A DNA stretch of 17,209 nucleotides. It comes from Oligoflexus sp. (GTDB lineage Bacteria; Bdellovibrionota_B; Oligoflexia; Oligoflexales; Oligoflexaceae). The notes below the pieces were generated by a model, which was given only the letters and a program-made list of their open reading frames with translations, had not been told where the DNA came from and did not search any database. Position 1 is the first letter of the stretch; each line of letters opens with the position of its first letter. This document shows positions 1 through 7,081 of this stretch, one piece after another. The DNA is taken from NCBI GenBank assembly GCA_041736305.1, contig JBGSTX010000149.1, positions 1-17,209 on the forward strand, given 5' to 3'. The position numbers and the translations under genes were made by a program.

Positions 1-1134
1 GGCAAAAACGGTTCGGTGGTAGTTCTCAACGTGCGCACGGGCGAAATTTTAGCTGCCGTGAGCGAACCCGGTTACGACCCGAAGATCATGCAAAATGGTT
101 TGACCGGCGAAGACTGGCGAAGATTAACCGAAGATCCTTTCAAACCTTTTCTCGACAAGACGACCGGCGGAGAATTTCCCCCCGGTTCTGTCTACAAAGC
201 CGTCGTCGCCCTAGCGGCGCTCGAAGAGAAAATCATCGACCAGCATGAGACTTACTTTTGTCCGGGACACTTCACTCTCGGGAACCGCCTCTTCAACTGC
301 CATGAGCGCGGTGGCCACGGAACAGTCAACCTCTTCAAAGCTCTGATGAAAAGCTGCGATGTTTATTTTTATCAAATAGGCGTCGAACTCGGCGTCGATC
401 GCATCGCTAAGTATGCTAGGGCCCTCGGCCTTGGTCAGGCCCTTGGGATCGGTCTCAACGTTGAGCGACCTGGTTTGATTCCCACTTCTGCCTGGAAAAT
501 GCTGACCCATCGCTATCCCTGGGCGGCTGGCGATACCCCCAACGTATCGATCGGCCAGGGCTATATACTCATGACCCCCATTCAAATGGCCAACCTCTAC
601 GCTACCATCGCCAATGGTGGCAAAGTCTGGAAGCCTTATGTCGTCAATAGAGTGACCAATCATGTCGGCGAAACAATCTACGAGCATGAACCGGAGCTGA
701 TTCGGCAGGTTTCAGAAATCAAGCAGGAGAACTTCGAACTCATAAGAACGGCTCTTATGGGGGTCGTCATGGATCCTCAGGGAACCGGTAAAAATGCGAT
801 GGTCCCTGGCGTAAACGTCGCTGGTAAAACCGGTTCCGCCCAAGTCGTTAGCTTGAAGAAAAATCGGAATCAGAGCGATGTGAGCGTAGCCTGGAAAGAG
901 CATGCGATCTTCACCTCCTTCGCTCCCGTAGAAAATGCCGAAATCGCAGTCGCCGTCGTAAGCCAGAACGATAGCGTAGGCGGTGGCGGTAAATCAGCTG
1001 CACCCGTGGCCGGCAAGATAATGGCCGCCTACTTTCGCCTGAAGAAAGAACGCGCCGTAGCTCAGGCTGCGGCAAGTAGAGAACAACACGCTGAGGCCCA
1101 CGCCCATGAGAAGCAGCAAATACAAGCAAACTGA
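1..1134 (+). CDS. mrdA: Penicillin-binding protein 2, transpeptidase domain (5'-truncated by window edge)
   Basis: Frame is open from base 1 (GKNGSVVVLN...). It carries the class B PBP motifs SxxK (PPGSVYK), SxD (KSCDVYFY, PBP2-type) and KTG (AGKTGSAQV), and lies directly upstream of rodA. Confidence 0.95.
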   Translation, partial: GKNGSVVVLNVRTGEILAAVSEPGYDPKIMQNGLTGEDWRRLTEDPFKPFLDKTTGGEFPPGSVYKAVVALAALEEKIIDQHETYFCPGHFTLGNRLFNCHERGGHGTVNLFKALMKSCDVYFYQIGVELGVDRIAKYARALGLGQALGIGLNVERPGLIPTSAWKMLTHRYPWAAGDTPNVSIGQGYILMTPIQMANLYATIANGGKVWKPYVVNRVTNHVGETIYEHEPELIRQVSEIKQENFELIRTALMGVVMDPQGTGKNAMVPGVNVAGKTGSAQVVSLKKNRNQSDVSVAWKEHAIFTSFAPVENAEIAVAVVSQNDSVGGGGKSAAPVAGKIMAAYFRLKKERAVAQAAASREQHAEAHAHEKQQIQAN

Positions 1135-2254
1135 TAGCGTCTTCCTTCTCCCCGAAGGTGATCTGAAACGTCCTCATAGTCCGCAGATCATTCTTCTCTG
1201 CACGATATTCTTCGGGCTTTTAACTATCGGAATGATAAATCTCTACAGCGCGAGCGTAGGCGCTTCATTTTTCTGGACTCAGAGCCGAAATTTGCTGATT
1301 ACCTTCAGTGCATTTTTGGCCTTTGGCTGGATAATCTCTATCAAGTGGGTCAGCACCTATACCTATTGGTTCGTTGGACTCGTCTGTTTTCTCTTAGTCG
1401 TCGTGCTCTTTTCAGGACGGGTGGCAGGAGGTGCTCAACGATGGATTTCCTTGGGTCCTCTCAGCTTTCAACCCTCAGAGTTTGCGAAACTCGCTGTAGC
1501 GCTCACCGTCGCTCGCTTTTTTTCGTCCAATCGCCAGGACAGCCCCTATCGACTGAGTGACCTCGTGCCCCTCATCGGCGTGATCGGCATCATCTTCATC
1601 CTGATCTTTGCTCAGCCCGATTTCGGTACCGCTGGAGTCTGTGGACTCATTGCCCTCTGCCAGATTTCATTTATACGTATCGACTCTAAAAGCGTTCTTT
1701 TAGTGCTGCTTTCGGTTCCTGTCATCGGGACTATCCTCTGGCATATTCTCTTGCTGCCCTATCAAAAATTGCGGATTCTCAACCTGCTCAATCCCGACCT
1801 CGATCCGCAAAACACCGGCTATCATGCCCTGCAATCTTTGATCGCCGTGGGAAGCGGAGGGTCCTTCGGTAAGGGCTACATGGACGGCACTCAGGCCCAT
1901 CTCCGCTTTCTACCAGAGCGGCATACTGATTTTATCTTTTCGGTTTTCGCTGAAGAGCATGGGTTCTGGGGCTGTGCGTTTATCTTCATAGCTTTTGGCT
2001 TGCTGACTTATATAGCCCTCGACATCGCTAAACACGCCAAAGATACCTTCTCGGGTCTATTGGCCGTCGGCTTAGGAACTCTACTTTTCCTCGAATTTGC
2101 TATCAATATCGCGATGGTAATGGGAATTTTCCCCGTGGTGGGGATCCCTCTCCCCTTCTTCTCTTATGGCAGCTCGGCAATGCTAACGGTTTGTGTTTCC
2201 CTCGGGCTTTTGATATCGATTAATCGCACGAATTCAGGGGGTTCAAAGCGCTAA
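1106..2254 (+). CDS. rodA: Rod shape-determining protein RodA (SEDS peptidoglycan glycosyltransferase)
   Basis: Polytopic membrane protein with SEDS motifs GAQRWI..GPLSFQPSEFAK, QPDFGT, QSLIAVGSGG, FLPERHTDFIFSVFAEEHG and PLPFFSYG. It overlaps the end of mrdA by 29 nt. The exact start is uncertain. Confidence 0.95.
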   Translation: MRSSKYKQTDSVFLLPEGDLKRPHSPQIILLCTIFFGLLTIGMINLYSASVGASFFWTQSRNLLITFSAFLAFGWIISIKWVSTYTYWFVGLVCFLLVVVLFSGRVAGGAQRWISLGPLSFQPSEFAKLAVALTVARFFSSNRQDSPYRLSDLVPLIGVIGIIFILIFAQPDFGTAGVCGLIALCQISFIRIDSKSVLLVLLSVPVIGTILWHILLLPYQKLRILNLLNPDLDPQNTGYHALQSLIAVGSGGSFGKGYMDGTQAHLRFLPERHTDFIFSVFAEEHGFWGCAFIFIAFGLLTYIALDIAKHAKDTFSGLLAVGLGTLLFLEFAINIAMVMGIFPVVGIPLPFFSYGSSAMLTVCVSLGLLISINRTNSGGSKR

Positions 2255-2307
2255 ATGGCTCCACGTGCTAAAGAGCTTTGAGCCCGCGATTGACGAGGGA
2301 GAGCCAA

Positions 2308-3300
2308 GTGAGACCTATACGCGAGCTGATCAAAGACATTGCGAGCCAAAATGAAGACGATAGGGCTCTTGAAGTCCACTCCTACAAGGGATTCTCTGAG
2401 ATAGAAAAGAGCGAGCTTGAGAAGAAGCATGCGGCCGTTTATGCCGGAAAGGTCCGCGAGCTCATCCGTACCGAAAAAGACCTCTACATTTTCCACACGG
2501 ATCGACTTTCTGCTTTCGATCGTTTTGTGGGCCTAGTGCCCTACAAAGGCACTATTCTTACCGACATCTCTGAATTTTGGCTCAAAGCCGCTTCGGCTAT
2601 CGTCCCAACCCACTACCTCGACCGTCCCCACGAACGTGTTTTACGTTGTACCCCCTGTGTGCCCTTCAAAGTCGAAGTTATCGTTCGAGGCTACATTGCG
2701 GGTAGCATGAGTCGTGCTTACCAAAAAGGTACGCGGGAGTTCTGTGGCGTGAAACTGCCAGAGGGCCTTGAAGCATATCAGGCCCTGCCAAGCCCTATCA
2801 TAACCCCTACGACCAAAGCGGCAGCTTATGAGCACGACGAAGATGCGACACCACAGCAGCTCATTGAACAGGGGGTTTGCACAGGCGCTGAGTGGAATAA
2901 AATTGAGGAAATGGCCCTGGCTCTCTTTGCCCTCGGTCAGAAGGTTTATGCAGAAAAGGGCTGGATTCTGGTAGATACCAAGTACGAATTCGGCCTCGAT
3001 GCCAGCGGGCGCATGTGCCTGATCGATGAACTGCATACTCCTGATTCATCGCGCCTCTGGGTAGAGAGCAGTTATCGACAGCAGCTCTCCAAAGGCGAAG
3101 CTCCCGAAATGCTCGACAAGGAGACCGTCAGACGCTTCCTCCTTGATCAAGGTTTCAGCGGCCACGGCACGGTACCTCGCGTACCAGTGAGCCGCCTACT
3201 TGCTCTAGCCGAGACTTATCTCAAAGTCGCAGAAACCCTTTTAGGCAAGACGCTGATGAGTGAAGGTCCTCTCGACGGCGCCCCCCGAATTATTGTCTGA
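2308..3300 (+). CDS. purC: SAICAR synthetase (phosphoribosylaminoimidazole-succinocarboxamide synthase)
   Basis: Motifs YAGKVRE, TDRLSAFD, EVIVRGY.AGS, TPTTKA, LVDTKYEFG, DELHTPDSSR and LDKE. I prefer the in-frame GTG at 2308 over the TTG at 2278 because GAGGGAG (2295-2301) precedes it. Confidence 0.93.
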   Translation: MRPIRELIKDIASQNEDDRALEVHSYKGFSEIEKSELEKKHAAVYAGKVRELIRTEKDLYIFHTDRLSAFDRFVGLVPYKGTILTDISEFWLKAASAIVPTHYLDRPHERVLRCTPCVPFKVEVIVRGYIAGSMSRAYQKGTREFCGVKLPEGLEAYQALPSPIITPTTKAAAYEHDEDATPQQLIEQGVCTGAEWNKIEEMALALFALGQKVYAEKGWILVDTKYEFGLDASGRMCLIDELHTPDSSRLWVESSYRQQLSKGEAPEMLDKETVRRFLLDQGFSGHGTVPRVPVSRLLALAETYLKVAETLLGKTLMSEGPLDGAPRIIV

Positions 3301-3338
3301 TAAGTCATTATAAGTATTATGTCCTATAGGGTTCGCAT

Positions 3339-3362
3339 GGCTCTTACCCAAAAGTAAGAGCC
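3339..3362. other. 9-bp perfect inverted repeat after purC (possible weak terminator or stabilising hairpin)
   Basis: GGCTCTTAC-CCAAAA-GTAAGAGCC; there is no U-tract on either side. Confidence 0.4.
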
Positions 3363-3434
3363 CCCTTACTCACCCTCAAGTTTTTCCTACCGATCCTCGA
3401 GATACAGGGCTCTGTATTTCAGAGGAGTTTTCTA

Positions 3435-4910
3435 ATGGTTAAAAAGCAAGTTGAACACAAAAGCGATTCGAATGGAACACCTACTTATGTGCTCCTCAGC
3501 ATCATATTCGCTATCCTTATCTTTGCGCTCGAAGGCTTCAAAGCCAGCGTAGGCTTAGGCGAAGAGATGCAAGGCGGTGAGCTGATCAATATTGCTTTCG
3601 TCGCCCTAGGCCTAGCCCTCTGCTTTTTTTGGAAGCGCTTGACTGAAGGTCGCCTTCGTCTCTCGGCCGCTGTCTCGTTTAGTGTAGGTATTTGGCTTTA
3701 TCTCATGCTCATGGTAGGTGGCCAGTTGGCATCCGGGCAGGAGCTCGCTCACAAATTCGTTTTACAGTTTGGATTCGGCGCTATCATGCTTTCAAGCTCG
3801 ATACTTCTTGCAGCCGTATTTTTCTCAGCCAAGCAGCTGCCCTCTTTGACCCTCGCCTGCATCGCCGGCCTCCTCACGACCGTCGCCAGCGTCTGGAGCC
3901 TTTTGCCGATCAGCCATCGAAGCGGCAAATCCCATGAAGATTTTTCGGCTCGTTCTCACCACGATCAAGATCTTAAGCACGCTGAAGATAGTGAAGAAGG
4001 GGAGGAAATCCATAGTTCCCAGTTCGAACATGACCGTCATGAGCAGGATTCTGAGGCTGAAGAAACACAAGCTCATGAGAGGGAGCATGCGCCTATCAAG
4101 GGTCGCAAAACTGCAGAGCCTAGCGAAGATAAGCCTAAGTTCAAGCTCTCCGCCCGCGCCGATGTAAGCAAGGGTTCATCGGCTCATAGCGAACCAGTCA
4201 AAAAACAGAAGGGTGCGAAGCCTCCTGAGAAACTTGCCCACGCAGTAAACGCAAAGGCCCATTGGGACTATGAGGGCGATCGCGGTCCTGAAGCCTGGGG
4301 TGATCTGAGTCCTGATTTCAAGCTCTGCTCTGAAGGAATCGAGCAGAGTCCGATCGATATCGCCGCCAACTGGCCCGTAAGTGACAAGCTGGAAACGTTC
4401 TATCGACCAAGCGGCTTTGAGCTAGTCGACAACGGCCACACAGTTCAGATCAATATCGAGCCGGGCAACTTTATAATGATAGGACCGGCTCGTTACGAGC
4501 TTAAGCAAGTTCACTTCCACACGCCTAGCGAGCATTTTTTCAATGGGCGCTCGTCGATACTCGAAGCGCACTTCGTCCACGCATCGTCGCGAGGAGAGTT
4601 GGCAGTTCTCGGCAGCATGATAGAACCTGGTCTTGTCCATAGGGAATATCAGAAGATATGGAACTTCTTACCAAGCAAAGTCAATGAACCTGTCAAGGCA
4701 CGGGGTAAGCTTTTTGATCCAAGGGCACTGCTGCCTAAGGACCTCATCGCCTTCACTTACCCAGGCTCGCTCACGACCCCGCCCTGCAGTGAAAAAGTAA
4801 AATGGAATGTCCTTCGCGAACCGGTCCAGATGTCTCAGGATCAAATCAACCGCTTCCGAGCCAAGTATCGCTTGAATGCCAGGCCAATCCAGCCCTTGAA
4901 TGAACGCTGA
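3435..4910 (+). CDS. Alpha-class carbonic anhydrase with N-terminal ~5-TM domain and His/acidic linker
   Basis: The C-terminal domain (~4257-4907) has HWDYEG..GPEAWG, QSPIDI, DNGHT (proton-shuttle His), QVHFH..SEH and EAHFVH (Zn ligands), GSLTTPPCSE and NARPIQPLN. There are five hydrophobic segments in the first ~160 aa. SD AGAGGAG lies at 3421-3427. Confidence 0.92.
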   Translation: MVKKQVEHKSDSNGTPTYVLLSIIFAILIFALEGFKASVGLGEEMQGGELINIAFVALGLALCFFWKRLTEGRLRLSAAVSFSVGIWLYLMLMVGGQLASGQELAHKFVLQFGFGAIMLSSSILLAAVFFSAKQLPSLTLACIAGLLTTVASVWSLLPISHRSGKSHEDFSARSHHDQDLKHAEDSEEGEEIHSSQFEHDRHEQDSEAEETQAHEREHAPIKGRKTAEPSEDKPKFKLSARADVSKGSSAHSEPVKKQKGAKPPEKLAHAVNAKAHWDYEGDRGPEAWGDLSPDFKLCSEGIEQSPIDIAANWPVSDKLETFYRPSGFELVDNGHTVQINIEPGNFIMIGPARYELKQVHFHTPSEHFFNGRSSILEAHFVHASSRGELAVLGSMIEPGLVHREYQKIWNFLPSKVNEPVKARGKLFDPRALLPKDLIAFTYPGSLTTPPCSEKVKWNVLREPVQMSQDQINRFRAKYRLNARPIQPLNER

Positions 4911-4915
4911 AAGAC

Positions 4916-5251
4916 TCAGGGAGCATCAGCTTCCTGACCCTTGCAGGTCTTGATGCTTTCAACTTCGCGTGGGTAGGGACCGACGTTTCTGACCTTCATG
5001 CTACTGAAGCGAAAAGGCTTGCCATTGACTGCTTTTGCATACTCGAGAGTAGCCTTCAGATAACATCGTTCTTTATTTATTTTGAAATTTCTGGCGCAGA
5101 GAGACACCCAACCCGGCTCGACCAAATCTATATGGGCGGGTTCAGGTTCAAGATACCATTCGCATTTATCTTTGTTGTAAGGGTCACAACCCGCGATAAA
5201 AAAAGCCAAGCTTAGACCCAGACCGATGCGGATTAGCTGTTCTTTAATCAT
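4916..5251 (-). CDS. Small Cys-rich lipoprotein of unknown function, third gene of the motAB operon (111 aa)
   Basis: The ATG at 5251 overlaps the motB stop (ATGATTAA). Signal peptide MIKEQLIRIGLGLSLAFF is followed by lipobox IAGC, with Asp at +2 and four further Cys. Confidence 0.85.
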   Translation of the reverse strand: MIKEQLIRIGLGLSLAFFIAGCDPYNKDKCEWYLEPEPAHIDLVEPGWVSLCARNFKINKERCYLKATLEYAKAVNGKPFRFSSMKVRNVGPYPREVESIKTCKGQEADAP

Positions 5252-6047
5252 TGTAATGCACCTTGATCTCAATGCGGCGATTCAGAGTTCTCGTCTCATC
5301 AGTCGCATTGCTGGCGATAGGTCGAGTATCCGCATATCCTGCAGCTGATACCGATGCCGGCGCAAAATTCAACTCGTCCACAAAATGCTTGAGTATGTAG
5401 GAAGCCCGCAGGCTGGAGATTTCCCAGTTACTGAGCTCGCCTCGAGATGGGATCGAATCGGTGTGACCTTCTATTGTCAGGGGCCGGCCTAGCTCTTTGA
5501 GGATTTTGCCGACCTGATTCAGGTCCGCTACAGCCTGCGGATTCACCTTGAACGCGCCGGGCTTGTAGAAGTGGGTTGCTAAGAGTCGGACACGGAAACC
5601 GTCTGGTTCGCGCTGAACCGATACGATTCGCTCCTGACCAGCACCTTTCTTCTCAAGATCCCGAAACTTCTCCTGACCGTAGAGGCGCAGATTGATCATT
5701 TCTGCCACCTTCTGCATCTCGGCCTGAATAACTTTCATATTCCGGTCAGCGCTCGGATATTTCTGCATGACAGGTGGGCGAATGCGGTCGCCTTTGCGAT
5801 TCTCGAAGATTCCGAAGCCCTGCTCACTGGGACCACTGCGACGGTTCTCCGGAATATCTTCCATCACTTCATTGAAAGATTCTTGAATTGATACGGCTGC
5901 CTGCTGAATCTTGGCTTCGTCGGCCCCTTCCTTTTTAAGGGCATAGAGGACCACGAACACCGCGAAGAGCAATGTCATCATATCCGCGTAGCTTACCAGC
6001 CAGCGTTCATGGTTTTCAAAAGCGGGACAGCGTTGTTTCTTTGCCAC
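5244..6047 (-). CDS. motB: Flagellar-type stator protein MotB (TM helix plus OmpA-like peptidoglycan-binding domain)
   Basis: Motifs ERWLVSYADMMTLLFAVFVVLYA (essential Asp), IEGHTD, NWEISSLRA, GYADTRP and NRRIEI. The GTG start is preceded by TAAGGA. Confidence 0.95.
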   Translation of the reverse strand: MAKKQRCPAFENHERWLVSYADMMTLLFAVFVVLYALKKEGADEAKIQQAAVSIQESFNEVMEDIPENRRSGPSEQGFGIFENRKGDRIRPPVMQKYPSADRNMKVIQAEMQKVAEMINLRLYGQEKFRDLEKKGAGQERIVSVQREPDGFRVRLLATHFYKPGAFKVNPQAVADLNQVGKILKELGRPLTIEGHTDSIPSRGELSNWEISSLRASYILKHFVDELNFAPASVSAAGYADTRPIASNATDETRTLNRRIEIKVHYND

Positions 6048-6074
6048 AGACTTTCCTTAGGTCGGAGGATCGAA

Positions 6075-6845
6075 TCAGCCTTCTTCGTCGCCGTGACCGC
6101 CGGTAAAGACTTTCAGTTTTTCTTCGATAATTTTTGGGTTTAGGCCGGAAAGAATGCCATCGATACCGATGATGACCATCTCAAATGCATAGTGATTGAG
6201 CATAGCTTTGCGCTTAAGTTTCTTGGCGACGGGAATACCCACGATGTTAGCGATACCTACCCCGTAGAGAGTTGCAACGAAGGCAACCATGATACCGGGG
6301 CCGATTTCCTCAGGTCGGTCGAGCGAACTCATAACTTTCATTAGTCCGATAACGGCACCTAGGATACCGATTGTAGGTGCGATAGCACCAAAGTCTTCCC
6401 AGAACTTGACGGCAACCTCTGCTTCTTCCATGTGGAAGTGGGCCTCAGATTCTAGCGTATCCTGGAGCACTGTGGGATCGGTGCCATCGACAGCCAGTTT
6501 CACAGCCTTTCTTAGGGGTGGGTAAGAGATTGTATCGCGACGCTTCTCAAGGGCCAGGATCGACTCCTTGCGGGCGATCTGAGCTAGCTCGATGATCTGT
6601 GTGAGGATTTCCTGGCGATTTGCTTCAGGGTTTTTGAGGTAGATGCCCAGGGCTTTGAAAGAACCGATGAAATCGGGGAGGGGATAGGCAACCAAAAGAG
6701 CGCCGATTGAACCCCCGATAACGATAGCGAGGGAGGGCGGGTTCCAGAGAATTTCAGGCAAAAGATAGGCGGCATGCTTCAGGAGAATCCCTGCCAGCAA
6801 CATGCCGAGGGCCATGATAGGTCCTATAATACTTGAGAGATCCAT
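6075..6845 (-). CDS. motA: Flagellar-type stator protein MotA
   Basis: Motifs MDLSSIIG, IVIGGSIGA, ARKESILALE (rotor-contacting R and E), AVDGTDP, APTIGILGAVIGL, AFVATLYG..ANI and G.NPK.IEEKL. It lies directly upstream of motB. Confidence 0.95.
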   Translation of the reverse strand: MDLSSIIGPIMALGMLLAGILLKHAAYLLPEILWNPPSLAIVIGGSIGALLVAYPLPDFIGSFKALGIYLKNPEANRQEILTQIIELAQIARKESILALEKRRDTISYPPLRKAVKLAVDGTDPTVLQDTLESEAHFHMEEAEVAVKFWEDFGAIAPTIGILGAVIGLMKVMSSLDRPEEIGPGIMVAFVATLYGVGIANIVGIPVAKKLKRKAMLNHYAFEMVIIGIDGILSGLNPKIIEEKLKVFTGGHGDEEG

Positions 6846-6913
6846 AGACGCCTTACTCTCTCTTGATAGTGAGCTGAATGCGCAGATGCGTTAGACCGAA
6901 AGGTTCTCCCCCT

Positions 6914-6922
6914 ATCATACCA
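6914..6922 (-). promoter_or_regulatory. Candidate extended -10 sigma70 promoter for motAB
   Basis: The minus strand reads TGGTATGAT (TGn-TATGAT) about 70 nt upstream of the motA ATG. There is no good -35 element. Confidence 0.45.
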
Positions 6923-7081
6923 TAGGCTCTAGCCCTAGCAGAAGCAGCTCAGCACGGAGGCTAATTAGGGCGCTAGCGCTTTCCCAAAGTTCATAATTAT
7001 TGTGCATTGGATATTGCTGCTTTACTTCTTCTCCCCGCACAGAACGAATATTTTTATCTCATAAAAAAATCTTAGCGACCG

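Noticed and set aside
2255-2281. Mini-ORF MAPRAKEL ending in CTT TGA, resembling the prfB frameshift site, just before purC
   Set aside because: A +1 shift does not enter the purC frame (that would need -1), and purC has its own SD and GTG start.
3376-3403. Sigma28-like TCAAGTTT...CTCGAGAT before the carbonic anhydrase
   Set aside because: The spacer is one base too long and the -10 box matches GCCGATAA poorly.
5244-6845. Zorya (ZorAB) anti-phage system or ExbBD/TolQR/AglRQS motor
   Set aside because: MotA is 256 aa with flagellar stator motifs and no long ZorA tail. MotB has the W..YAD TM and an OmpA-like domain, and no zorC/D/E-like genes are present.
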